Shown: in pieces, positions 1 to 9,145 of the stretch | Layout of the letters: the number at the start of each line of letters is the position of its first letter | Position numbering within the stretch: position 1 is the stretch's first letter | Origin: Candidatus Omnitrophica bacterium UBA6253 | GTDB lineage: Bacteria > Omnitrophota > Gorgyraeia > Gygaellales > Profunditerraquicolaceae | Reading direction: 5' to 3' | Assembly: GCA_002441245.1 (NCBI GenBank) | Contig: DJVP01000005.1 | Coordinates: 66,303 to 130,302 of the forward strand | DNA length: 64,000 nucleotides | The notes under the pieces: generated by a model | Database searches by the model: none | What the model was told of the DNA's origin: nothing | Seen by the model: the letters and a program-made list of their open reading frames with translations, nothing else | Position numbers and translations under genes: made by a program

Positions 1-1
1 T

Positions 2-748
2 TCACAGGAAATCATAGGAGACTGCCTTAAGAGTGTTTATGGCTGGGCAGGAGAAATTATTGTTGTTGATGATATGAGTACCGATAAAACCCTTGAAATA
101 GTAAAAGAATTTACTGATAGAGTATATATTAAGAAATGGATTAAGGAGGGGTCGCATCGTAATTATGCATATTCCCTGGCCAAATATGATTATGTCCTCA
201 GCCTTGATTCCGACGAACGCGTGACGCCTGAATTAAAAAAAGAGATTACTGAAATCCTTAAGGCCGGGCCTGCCTATCTTGGTTATAATATCCCCCATCG
301 TAATTTTATCGGAAATCATTGGATTAGGCATGGAGGCTGGTATCCAAATGCCAAATTAAAAATGTTCGCAAAGGCAAAATTCAGGTATGAAGATGAGGCG
401 GAGTATCATCCCCGGGCTTTTCTTGAAGGTAAAACCTTTACCTTGAAATCCGATATCATACACTATGCTTACCGGGATTTTCAGAACCTATTCAGCAAGC
501 TGAACCATCAAACCGATTTTGAGGCTAAGAAGTGGATAAGGGATAAGCGCAAGATGAATTTTAAAATCTGTGTGTTAAAAATGGCCTCGCGGTTTTTTAA
601 GTTTTATATTATTAAAAAAGGGCACCGGGAAGGATTTGTCGGATTTATGATGGCGCTTGCCTCAGCTCAATATCAATTGATGGCCTATGCGAAATATTGG
701 GAAATAAAGAATTCCCGAAAGCCGTGTCCGGTGATTAACGCCACCTGA
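2..748 (+). CDS. Family 2 glycosyltransferase, C-terminal part. The gene is 5'-truncated by the window edge; the reading frame is open from position 2.
   Basis: From position 2 the translation reads ...QEIIGDCLKSVYGWAGEIIVVDDMSTDKT..., a GT2 'VVDDxSTD' signature, followed by a DSD acceptor-type motif (SLDSDERV). The track ORF 74..748 is only an internal Met of this frame. Confidence 0.7.
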   Translation, partial: SQEIIGDCLKSVYGWAGEIIVVDDMSTDKTLEIVKEFTDRVYIKKWIKEGSHRNYAYSLAKYDYVLSLDSDERVTPELKKEITEILKAGPAYLGYNIPHRNFIGNHWIRHGGWYPNAKLKMFAKAKFRYEDEAEYHPRAFLEGKTFTLKSDIIHYAYRDFQNLFSKLNHQTDFEAKKWIRDKRKMNFKICVLKMASRFFKFYIIKKGHREGFVGFMMALASAQYQLMAYAKYWEIKNSRKPCPVINAT

Positions 749-812
749 TATATTTCCTGCCATTTTCAATATAAAATACACAAAAGAAAGGTGTTTTAGG
801 AAGATTTTTTTC

Positions 813-840
813 TTGACAATATATGCATGATGTATATAAT
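813..840 (+). promoter_or_regulatory. Sigma70-like promoter (TTGACA-16-TATAAT) in an AT-rich intergenic region upstream of the 909 ORF.
   Basis: TTGACA at 813-818, a 16-nt spacer, TATAAT at 835-840. The surrounding sequence contains TGTATGTATA and TGTATGCATA repeats. Confidence 0.4.
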
Positions 841-908
841 TGTATGTATAAGTATATTATTATATTCAAATATATATGTTTGTATGCATAAAGAATATAT
901 AGATAGCT

Positions 909-2483
909 ATGATGAAGCTATTCAGCAAGAATAAACTTAAGCTGCTTAAGCTTTTTTACGACCATCCTGCAAGCCAATTCTACATCCAGGAGATAGGCCG
1001 TAAATTAGGAAAGAAGCCTGGCGTATTCCAAAGGGCTTTAAATACCCTCCATAAAGACGGCCTGCTTTTAAGCGAATATAAAGCTAACGCCAGGTTTTTT
1101 AGAATCAATACGAATAACCCCATATATAATGAATTAAAAAGCATTATTTCTAAGACAGCTTGCGTTTATATAATATTGCTTTTATCCTGCCCGGGGTTCC
1201 TTTTTGCTCAGGATAACCCGTTGTCTCTGCGTGATACCATAATTACCGCGTTCAAAAATAACAAAGATATCCAAATAGAGGAGCAGGAGCTTACAATTTC
1301 ACGCGCAGATATTTTGGAGGCAAAAAGTGAATTCCTGCCGCTCCTTAACCTTAATGCCGGATATACGCGCAATGGGGCCGTAGCTTCTGCTTCAACAAGC
1401 GGCAAAAAAGACAATGGAGTATTCACTGGTTACAAGAATGATAATTCACTGGGGGCTGGTTTAAGCCAGGTAGTTTATAATGGAGGCTTTAATACTGCTA
1501 ATTTAAACCAAGCCAGGCTTAACCTTAAGGTATCTGAAGAAACTCTGCGCGCTAAGAAACTGGATATTGAGTTTGAGGCAAAGCGGCTTTATTACGGGTT
1601 GTTGCTTGCTTATGATACCGAGAGGATTGCTCAGGAGCTTACAGATAATGCCAGGGATCATTATGAGGATGTAAAGAACAGGTATGCTCAAGGATTATCA
1701 TCAAGGTTCGACCTTCTGCAGTCAAGCGTCCAAGTCTCACTGACTATGCCGGAACTGGTAAAGGCGAAGAACGCGGTTGATCTGATCAAGGCGGAGCTAA
1801 AAAAACTCCTTAGTATTAAACAACAGCAGGCCCTGGAGATAACGGATAAACAGCTTGAGTTTACATTAATAGATATCAGAGAGGATGATTTCCTGAAACA
1901 GGCTTACCTGAATAAACCGGAGATGGCTTTAAGGACATTGGGAGTTGATATAAATAAGTGGTCGATACAAATGGCAAAATCAGGATGGCGTCCTCAGATT
2001 AACGCTAATGCAGGATATGATTTTCGCTCCAATAATTGGGGCAATATGATTAATAAGTCGCATAATAACTGGAATATCGGCCTGACTTTATCTTTTGCGG
2101 TATTCGATGGTTTTTCTACCAAGGCCAAGGTGGATGCTGCTAAGGCTCGTTACAGCCAGGCGATCCTGACTAAGGAAAATTTAGTTGAGCAGATTGCCGT
2201 TGATGTGCGCCAGGCCTGCCTTGATTTAAAACAGTCTGAGCAAGTGATTAATTCCCAAAAAGATAATGTTGGACAGGCTAAGGAGGCTTTAGCGATAGCC
2301 AAAGTAAGCTACGATAACGGTGAGGCCAAGAATCTTGATGTGCTTGATGCGCAGGTATCGTTGAGCCAGATTGAGACAAACCTTTCGCAGGGTATTTATG
2401 ATTATCTTATGGCCCAGGCAGAATTAGAGAGGACTTTGGGAAAGAGCTTTTTATCAGGAGGAATAAATGAAAAAGAAAGCTAA
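909..2483 (+). CDS. TolC-family outer-membrane efflux protein, from about residue 80 onward. The first ~80 aa of the same frame resemble a small winged-helix transcriptional regulator. The true TolC start is uncertain, roughly nt 1150.
   Basis: From ...CVYIILLLSCPGFLFAQDNPLSLRDTI... onward the protein has a signal-peptide-like segment and two TolC/OEP repeats, e.g. LNLNAGYTRN and QINANAGYDFRSNN, with alternating coiled-coil and beta segments. The N-terminal MMKLFSKNKLKLLKLFYDHP...FFRINTNNPIYNELKSII looks like a wHTH fold. No in-frame stop or ATG separates the two parts. Confidence 0.75.
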   Translation: MMKLFSKNKLKLLKLFYDHPASQFYIQEIGRKLGKKPGVFQRALNTLHKDGLLLSEYKANARFFRINTNNPIYNELKSIISKTACVYIILLLSCPGFLFAQDNPLSLRDTIITAFKNNKDIQIEEQELTISRADILEAKSEFLPLLNLNAGYTRNGAVASASTSGKKDNGVFTGYKNDNSLGAGLSQVVYNGGFNTANLNQARLNLKVSEETLRAKKLDIEFEAKRLYYGLLLAYDTERIAQELTDNARDHYEDVKNRYAQGLSSRFDLLQSSVQVSLTMPELVKAKNAVDLIKAELKKLLSIKQQQALEITDKQLEFTLIDIREDDFLKQAYLNKPEMALRTLGVDINKWSIQMAKSGWRPQINANAGYDFRSNNWGNMINKSHNNWNIGLTLSFAVFDGFSTKAKVDAAKARYSQAILTKENLVEQIAVDVRQACLDLKQSEQVINSQKDNVGQAKEALAIAKVSYDNGEAKNLDVLDAQVSLSQIETNLSQGIYDYLMAQAELERTLGKSFLSGGINEKES

Positions 2484-3300
2484 AGCGGTAGTATTTATCA
2501 TTATTATTCTAATTGCATGCGGTATTGGAGCCGCTTACTTCTGGAGAATACATAACCATAATCGCGGCCAGATTAAGGTTTCTGGAAATATCGAGGGGGA
2601 TGATGTGCGCCTGTCTTTCCGCGTGCAGGGGCAAATTATCGAATTGCTTACAGATGAGGGTAAGGTAGTTAAAGAAGGGGAGCCGGTAGCTAGGCTTAAT
2701 ACAGATGAGCTGGTTAAAATACGCGATAACGCCGAGGGATCTTTAAAGGCAGCAGAGCATCAGTATGCGCTGGATAAGCTTGATTATGAGCGCGCGGAGA
2801 ATCTTTTTAAGGCAGGAGCGATACCCATGCAAAAGAGAGATGCAGCTAAGACGCAGGCTGATGCGGATAAGGCCAATATTGAAGCATTGAGCGCGTCGTT
2901 TGAATTGGCCAAGACAAGGTTAGGTTTTGCTGAACTTGTTTCTCCGCTTAACGGATTCGTGCTTGTAAAAAGTTCCTTGTCGGGAGAAGTAGTCCAGATA
3001 GGCGCGCCTGTTTTTACGGTTGTTGACCTTAATAATATATGGGTTACAGCTTATATCAACGAAACCGACCTTGGACGTGTAAAACTCGGCCAGGAGGCAT
3101 ATGTTATTACCGATACCTATCCAGGCAAGAGATATAAGGGGTGGGTATCTTTCGTGTCCAGCGAGGCGGAATTTACCCCTAAAACTATACAAACTACGGA
3201 GGAAAGGGTTAAGCTGGTTTACAGGATAAAGGTCAGGGTTGATAATTCCAGCCTTGAACTCAAACCGGGCATGCCCGCGGACGCCTATATCATAGAATAA
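2467..3300 (+). CDS. HlyD-family periplasmic adaptor (membrane fusion protein) of the efflux pump.
   Basis: Single N-terminal TM helix, coiled-coil/lipoyl-like region, and beta-barrel C-terminus (e.g. VSPLNGFVLVKSS...GAPVFTVVDLNNIWV). It overlaps the TolC gene by 17 nt, consistent with an operon. Confidence 0.85.
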   Translation: MKKKAKAVVFIIIILIACGIGAAYFWRIHNHNRGQIKVSGNIEGDDVRLSFRVQGQIIELLTDEGKVVKEGEPVARLNTDELVKIRDNAEGSLKAAEHQYALDKLDYERAENLFKAGAIPMQKRDAAKTQADADKANIEALSASFELAKTRLGFAELVSPLNGFVLVKSSLSGEVVQIGAPVFTVVDLNNIWVTAYINETDLGRVKLGQEAYVITDTYPGKRYKGWVSFVSSEAEFTPKTIQTTEERVKLVYRIKVRVDNSSLELKPGMPADAYIIE

Positions 3301-3301
3301 T

Positions 3302-4042
3302 ATGATTACCATAAAGGCTTCTGTGCTTACCAGGAAATTCGGAGATAATACCGCAGTAGGCGGACTTAATCTTGAAATAGAGGAAGGTGAGATATTCGGC
3401 CTGGTTGGGCCGGATGGAGCTGGCAAGAGTACGACCATGCGCCTTCTGACCGGTATACTTGAGCCTACTTCCGGAGAAGGCTGGGTTTACGGTAAGCATA
3501 TCATAAAAGAATCTGAAGGCCTTAAAGAAAATATTGCTTATATGTCTCAGCGTTTTGGACTCTATGAAGAGCTTACCGTTTTAGAAAATATAAATTTCTA
3601 CGCAGATGTTTTTTGCATACCTAAAAATAAACGCCAGGATGTAATTGAAAAATTGCTGGGATTTTCCGGGCTGCTGCCTTTTAAGCAGCGCTTAGCCGGT
3701 AAGTTATCCGGCGGGATGAAACAGAAGCTTGGGTTATCCTGCGCGCTTGTGCATACCCCGAAAGTATTATTCCTTGATGAGCCGACCAACGGCGTAGATC
3801 CTGTCTCGCGCAGGGATTTTTGGTCGATACTCTATGACCTTTTAAAAGAAAAAGTTACCATCCTTTATTCGACTTCTTATCTTGACGAGGCAGAGCGGTG
3901 CCGCAGGGTAGGCCTTATGCATAAAGGTAAGCTATTGCGTTGTGACACTCCGGATAATATTAAAAAGGAAATTAATGCAAAAACACTGGAACAGGCTTTT
4001 ATAAGGATAGTTAATGACTATGAGTCCGGGCATGGAAAATAG
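3302..4042 (+). CDS. ABC transporter ATP-binding protein; first half of a split YbhF-like ATPase.
   Basis: Walker A GPDGAGKST, ABC signature LSGGMKQK, Walker B LFLDEPT. Confidence 0.9.
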   Translation: MITIKASVLTRKFGDNTAVGGLNLEIEEGEIFGLVGPDGAGKSTTMRLLTGILEPTSGEGWVYGKHIIKESEGLKENIAYMSQRFGLYEELTVLENINFYADVFCIPKNKRQDVIEKLLGFSGLLPFKQRLAGKLSGGMKQKLGLSCALVHTPKVLFLDEPTNGVDPVSRRDFWSILYDLLKEKVTILYSTSYLDEAERCRRVGLMHKGKLLRCDTPDNIKKEINAKTLEQAFIRIVNDYESGHGK

Positions 4043-4985
4043 CCAGGTTGCCGTAAGTGTTAATAATCTTGAAAAAAGATTCGGCGATTTTACCGCAGTA
4101 AATAATATTAACTTTAAAGTTAAGCAAGGGGAGATTTTTGGTTTTCTCGGCCCTAATGGGGCGGGAAAATCCACGACTATCAGGATGCTCTGCGGCATAT
4201 ATACGCCTACCTCCGGCAGCGGCAGAGTAGGAGGGTTTGATATTGTCAAAGAGCAGTATAAAATAAAAGAACATATAGGGTATATGTCCCAGAAGTTTTC
4301 TCTTTACGACGATCTTACTGTTGAGGAAAATATAGATTTTTACAGCCGCATATACAATATACCGGAAAAAGAAAGGAAAAAGCGCAAGGATGAGACGATA
4401 GAGCTAGCTGGTATAGAGGATTTCCGAAAGAGCCTGACCAGCACGCTTTCCGGGGGATGGAAACAACGTTTGGCTTTGGGGTGTGCGATAATCCATCAGC
4501 CAAAGATAATTTTTCTTGATGAGCCGACATCCGGAGTAGACCCGATTACCCGGGCAAATTTCTGGAGCGTGATTAAAGAGATGGCCGGCCAGGGGAGGAC
4601 AATCTTTGTGACTACGCATTATATGGACGAAGCGGAAAATTGCAATCGCCTGTTAATGATCTATCATGGTACGATGATTGCTATGGGCTCACCCGAGGAG
4701 ATGAAGACTAAAGTTATGAAGCATGAGATCCTTGAGGTTATTATGCCGCAGGCAGAGACCTGGCTTGAGAGAATATCCCAGCTTGATTCCATTAAAGAGA
4801 CCGCGCTTTTTGGGGTAAATATCCACGCAGTCGCCTATGACGCGCAAAAGGCCTCGCTTGATTTAAAGAGACTGTTCGAAAATGAAAATATCAGCGATTA
4901 TTCTGTGAATAAGATCAAGGCCTCGTTGGAGGATGTATTTGTTTCGCTGATAGAGAATTACGACGCAGAGCATAAAGATAAATGA
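4014..4985 (+). CDS. ABC transporter ATP-binding protein; second ATPase.
   Basis: Walker A GPNGAGKST, signature LSGGWKQR, Walker B IFLDEPT, followed by a C-terminal extension. The track ORF overlaps the upstream gene by 29 nt, but an in-frame ATG at 4020 (MSPGMEN...) would not overlap, so the start is uncertain. Confidence 0.9.
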   Translation: MTMSPGMENSQVAVSVNNLEKRFGDFTAVNNINFKVKQGEIFGFLGPNGAGKSTTIRMLCGIYTPTSGSGRVGGFDIVKEQYKIKEHIGYMSQKFSLYDDLTVEENIDFYSRIYNIPEKERKKRKDETIELAGIEDFRKSLTSTLSGGWKQRLALGCAIIHQPKIIFLDEPTSGVDPITRANFWSVIKEMAGQGRTIFVTTHYMDEAENCNRLLMIYHGTMIAMGSPEEMKTKVMKHEILEVIMPQAETWLERISQLDSIKETALFGVNIHAVAYDAQKASLDLKRLFENENISDYSVNKIKASLEDVFVSLIENYDAEHKDK

Positions 4986-6115
4986 ACCTTAAAAGAATCT
5001 TAGCTGTATCCAGCAAAGAATTTATCCAGATCCGGCGCGACCCGCGTTCGCTTGCCTTGGCTATATTTATACCAGTGTTGCTGCTTTTGATATTTGGTTA
5101 CGGGTTATCTTTAGATATTGACAGGGTAGCTACTGTTGTATGGAATCAGGATGCTTCATCTAAACTTACGCGTGATTTCCTGCTTAATTTTAAGAATTCC
5201 AAATATTTTAAGATAGTCAAGTATACGGATAATTACCGGGATATCCAGCATATGATTGATAACGGCCAGGTAATGATGGCCATGGTGATCCCTAAAGATT
5301 TCTCGCATTTCATAGAATCCGGAAAGACCTCCACTTTGCAGTTATTGGTTGATGGCAGTGATTCCAATACAGCTACGATTGCCATGGGGTATGTGCGTTC
5401 GGTGGTTGCCAAATATAACCTGAACCTGTTGGTAAATTCGCTTTCAAGTCTGGGGGTGAGCCCGGCAAGATCTGTGGATATGCGTTCAAGGATTTGGTTT
5501 AATATGGGCTTAAACAGCAGGTGGTTTATTGTCCCGGGGGTAATTGCTATGATCATAATGGTTATTGCCGCTTTGCTTACTTCTATATGCGTAGCCAGGG
5601 AATGGGAAAGGGGGACGATGGAGCAGTTGATTTCTACTCCCGTAAAAGCTCCGGAGCTTATTATCGGCAAGTTCATTCCATATTTTGTGATTGGTTTCGT
5701 TGATCTTTTTGTGGCGGTGGTTATGGCCAGGTTCCTGTTCGGCGTGCCTTTTAAGGGCAGTTATTTACTGCTTGTGTTTTTGAGCGCTTTATTTTTGACC
5801 GGCGCCCTCTCCCAGGGGATATTAATTTCCACTGTAGCCAGGACGCAATTATTGGCAAGCCAACTGGCGATGTTGACTACCTTTATCCCGACAATGCTCT
5901 TATCGGGTTTTATTTACCCAATCTTTAATATGCCGCAGATAGTCCAGGGTATAACCTATCTTATCCCCGCGCGTTATTATATTATTATCCTGCGCGGGCT
6001 ATTCCTAAAAGGCAACGGGATAGACGAGATGTGGGATGATGCGTTATTTTTGTTATTGTTTGCGTTTTCCATGTTTGGCCTAGCGATAATAAAATTCAGG
6101 AAGAAGGTGTTTTGA
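4982..6115 (+). CDS. ABC-2 family transporter permease (YbhS/YbhR-like).
   Basis: About 377 aa with an N-terminal TM helix, a large periplasmic loop, then 5 TM helices. This is the ABC-2 topology. It overlaps the preceding ATPase by 4 nt. Confidence 0.85.
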   Translation: MNLKRILAVSSKEFIQIRRDPRSLALAIFIPVLLLLIFGYGLSLDIDRVATVVWNQDASSKLTRDFLLNFKNSKYFKIVKYTDNYRDIQHMIDNGQVMMAMVIPKDFSHFIESGKTSTLQLLVDGSDSNTATIAMGYVRSVVAKYNLNLLVNSLSSLGVSPARSVDMRSRIWFNMGLNSRWFIVPGVIAMIIMVIAALLTSICVAREWERGTMEQLISTPVKAPELIIGKFIPYFVIGFVDLFVAVVMARFLFGVPFKGSYLLLVFLSALFLTGALSQGILISTVARTQLLASQLAMLTTFIPTMLLSGFIYPIFNMPQIVQGITYLIPARYYIIILRGLFLKGNGIDEMWDDALFLLLFAFSMFGLAIIKFRKKVF

Positions 6116-6116
6116 G

Positions 6117-7244
6117 ATGTTTGAAAGAATTAAGGCTATACTGATCAAAGAATTTAAACAGGTTTTGCGTGATCCGCGGATGAAGACAGTAATTATAATC
6201 TCGCCTATTATACAGATAATTATTTTTGGTTATGCTGCCAATAAAGACATTGATTTTATCCCCACGGCGATTTATGACCAGGATAATACTAAAGAAAGCC
6301 GCCTGCTTCTTGATAGCTTTACCTATTCTAAATATTTCGTGCCGAAGTATTATATCCATAGCGAAGGCGAAGAAGACCGCATGCTGGATAAGGGGTTGGT
6401 GAGTGCTGTGTTGCGTATTGACCGTGGGTTCGGCCGTAATATCAAAGCGGGTAAGGATGCCAATGTACAGCTTGCACTTGATGGTTCAGATTCAAATACC
6501 GCAATGATCATTGCCGGTTATGCCAATACGATCATAAATACTTACCAATATAACCTGCTTAAAAGCGACGCGGATACCATGGGGGTGCAGTTTAGTGCCC
6601 CGAGCGTCGATCTAAGGGATCGCGCCTGGTTTAATGAAAACCTTATCTCGCGAAATTATTACCTACCGGGGGTAATTGCCTCAATCGTGACGATCATGTC
6701 GCTTTTATTGACCTCTATGGCCATAGTCAGGGAAAAGGAGATCGGCACTATGGAGCAGCTTATTGTCAGCCCCTTGCGGCCGCTGGAACTTATTTTTGGC
6801 AAGTTGCTTCCGTTTGGGGTTATCGCGTTATTTCAATGCGCCCTCATCACGACGTTGGGGGTATTATGGTTTCACATCCCTTTCAGGGGGAGTTTGGTTT
6901 TATTGGTACTGGCTACCTGTGTGTATTTATTCACCGCCTTAGGAATAGGATTATTCATTTCCACGATAGCCTCAACCCAGCAGGAGGCGATGATGTCTGT
7001 ATTTTTGTTTTACATGCCGACATTCTTACTGTCGGGATTTGCTTATCCTATAGCCAATATGCCCGAGGTTATCCAGTATTTTACCTTGATTAACCCTATG
7101 CGTTATTACCTGATTATTATCAGGGGGATATTTTTAAAAGGTGTGGGCATCGATATCTTATGGACGAATTTTCTGGTGCTTTTGCTCTTCGGTATCTTTG
7201 TAATAACCATGAGTACTCTCAGGTTCCAAAAGAAAATAGCTTAG
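6117..7244 (+). CDS. ABC-2 family transporter permease; second paralog.
   Basis: Paralogous to 4982..6115 with the same architecture. Shared motifs include LRDPR, GSDSNTA and IIRGIFLKG. Confidence 0.85.
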   Translation: MFERIKAILIKEFKQVLRDPRMKTVIIISPIIQIIIFGYAANKDIDFIPTAIYDQDNTKESRLLLDSFTYSKYFVPKYYIHSEGEEDRMLDKGLVSAVLRIDRGFGRNIKAGKDANVQLALDGSDSNTAMIIAGYANTIINTYQYNLLKSDADTMGVQFSAPSVDLRDRAWFNENLISRNYYLPGVIASIVTIMSLLLTSMAIVREKEIGTMEQLIVSPLRPLELIFGKLLPFGVIALFQCALITTLGVLWFHIPFRGSLVLLVLATCVYLFTALGIGLFISTIASTQQEAMMSVFLFYMPTFLLSGFAYPIANMPEVIQYFTLINPMRYYLIIIRGIFLKGVGIDILWTNFLVLLLFGIFVITMSTLRFQKKIA

Positions 7245-7278
7245 ATTTGTTTATATTAACAGCCAGAGGAGGAGTTCC

Positions 7279-7803
7279 ATGAAGAGATTATTGTTTATAT
7301 TCTTGCTAGTTAGCCTGCTTGGTTCTTTGGTTTTATGCCCTGTTTATGCCCAGAATCAGAGTGTTAATGTTGTATTGGAGCAGCTAAGAAGTGATTTGTT
7401 AAATTCGAAAGTGCCTATTAAAGATGTTAATTCGATCACGCAAGTTTTAAAGAAATTGTTAAATCAAGGGGCTGTGAGGGGTGATTTAAGGGGCATAGTG
7501 CTTAATATAACTAAAAAAGGTATTGCTGGTAAAGATTTAAATATTTTTCTTGAATCGGTGAGCACGCTGGTTGAGTCAGGAGCTAAAGTAAGCGAAGCCG
7601 GTAATGTAGTTTTGCAGGCAATTGATCAGGGGCTGGCATATGGGTTTAAGGGTGGAGACTTAGGCTTGGTAGCTAAAGTTAAGGAAGCGGTTAAACAAAA
7701 GAAAACACAATTGTTTGATGAAGCAAAGAAAAAGGCGCAGGAAGAAGGCGTGAGCCAGACAGATGACAGTTTAGGTCCATTAACTAATGCAATGAATAAA
7801 TAA
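7279..7803 (+). CDS. Hypothetical secreted protein, alpha-helical and K/E-rich.
   Basis: Signal peptide MKRLLFIFLLVSLLGSLVLCPVYA. RBS GGAGG 12 nt upstream of the start. No recognisable family. Confidence 0.5.
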   Translation: MKRLLFIFLLVSLLGSLVLCPVYAQNQSVNVVLEQLRSDLLNSKVPIKDVNSITQVLKKLLNQGAVRGDLRGIVLNITKKGIAGKDLNIFLESVSTLVESGAKVSEAGNVVLQAIDQGLAYGFKGGDLGLVAKVKEAVKQKKTQLFDEAKKKAQEEGVSQTDDSLGPLTNAMNK

Positions 7804-7843
7804 ACCTAAGAAAACAAGAGGTATTTAAACGAAGGAGGCAGGT

Positions 7844-8179
7844 ATGAAAGTTTGGCTGTATATTTGTGTTATAGCGATTTCTTTAATGATGCCGGGTATA
7901 TGTTTTTGCCAGCAGGATGAGGGTCCTGCCGAAATGCAGTCCAGGGAGGGGGTTGTTACGCAGGTTGATTCAATCGGCTCGCTTTTGGTGATATTTGATG
8001 GCAGCGAAGAATTAAGGTTTTCCATAGATCCGTCGGCAAGAATCCAGCGCGGTACAGATAATATAATGCTTGATGACCTTGAGTCAAATGACACTGTTAC
8101 TGTAAGATATTACAAATCCACGGATGGTGTTCTTAGAGCAGTTTTAGTTACCGATAATAATATCGCTTCTGATTTTTGA
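7844..8179 (+). CDS. Hypothetical small secreted protein.
   Basis: Signal peptide MKVWLYICVIAISLMMPGICFC. RBS AAGGAGG upstream. Confidence 0.45.
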   Translation: MKVWLYICVIAISLMMPGICFCQQDEGPAEMQSREGVVTQVDSIGSLLVIFDGSEELRFSIDPSARIQRGTDNIMLDDLESNDTVTVRYYKSTDGVLRAVLVTDNNIASDF

Positions 8180-8224
8180 TGGGCGAAGATTAGCAAAAAC
8201 CTATAGGGCAGAGGCCAATCGGAT

Positions 8225-8995
8225 GTGCAGAAGATGAAGATTATAAGGAGGCTGATTATTGTATGCGGCATAGTATTTCTTGTTTTGGTCCTCCTGTTGG
8301 TTGCCGGTTTTTTTGTTACAAAACATTTAAAGATCAGGGAAATTGTAGAGGGGCAGATAGAACAAGGCCTTGGAATCAATGTCTCAATAGAAAGAATAGA
8401 ATTTTCTCCGCTTCTTGCACATGTCGGGGTAATCGGCATAACTATACATAATCCCAGTGGCTTTGAGGAAGAAGAGCTAGCCTATATTAGCTCGATCCAC
8501 TTTATATTTGACCCTATAGAAATTATTACCAATAAAAAACCAAACATTTACCTTTTGGGCCTGGATCTTAAGCGTCTGAATATAATAAAAAATAATGAAG
8601 GCAAGGTTAATATAGAAGAGATTAATCCCCTTAGGAATGAAAATGCTGCCATTCAGGATAAGACTCCCTTTTATTTTGATGTGATAGTGTTAAGTGTCGG
8701 CCAGGTTAGGTTTACTGACTATAGCGGGCCGAATAAAAAGGAACATATCTATCCGATAGGCATAAAGAATGTAGCGTTTGTTAACCTTAGCAATGAGCAG
8801 GAAGTAGTCAGGCTGATTGTTTCCAAGGCAATAGAGAATACAGATATAGGAAAATTAATTAACTTAAAGATTATACCTGTGGTTTCCCAGATAGGGGATA
8901 CCTTTAATTCGGCCTGGGGGACAGCTAAGATTGGGACAAAGGGTGCTTGGGGGATTATCACTTTACCGTTTAATCTGATTTTCGGAAAAAATTGA
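8225..8995 (+). CDS. Hypothetical membrane-anchored protein, possibly resembling an AsmA N-terminal domain.
   Basis: N-terminal TM helix IIVCGIVFLVLVLLLVAGFFV, followed by a beta-rich periplasmic domain. The AsmA-like assignment is weak. Confidence 0.45.
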   Translation: MQKMKIIRRLIIVCGIVFLVLVLLLVAGFFVTKHLKIREIVEGQIEQGLGINVSIERIEFSPLLAHVGVIGITIHNPSGFEEEELAYISSIHFIFDPIEIITNKKPNIYLLGLDLKRLNIIKNNEGKVNIEEINPLRNENAAIQDKTPFYFDVIVLSVGQVRFTDYSGPNKKEHIYPIGIKNVAFVNLSNEQEVVRLIVSKAIENTDIGKLINLKIIPVVSQIGDTFNSAWGTAKIGTKGAWGIITLPFNLIFGKN

Positions 8996-9080
8996 AATCT
9001 TATATTAAGGAACAAGGATATAAAAAATAGTTCTAAGCTGCTAGCGTAATCCTGCCAATTAATCGCAGTATAATTTTTCA

Positions 9081-9130
9081 TTGACAGTATTAAACATTAT
9101 GTTATACTTGTTATGAACATATGTTCATAA
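9081..9130 (+). promoter_or_regulatory. Sigma70 promoter (TTGACA-16-TATACT) immediately followed by a perfect 20-bp palindromic operator, TTATGAACATATGTTCATAA.
   Basis: TTGACA at 9081-9086, TATACT at 9103-9108, perfect palindrome at 9111-9130 covering the predicted +1. It lies about 15 nt upstream of the DUF134 regulator gene. Confidence 0.6.
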
Positions 9131-9145
9131 CTAAAGAGGTTAAAT

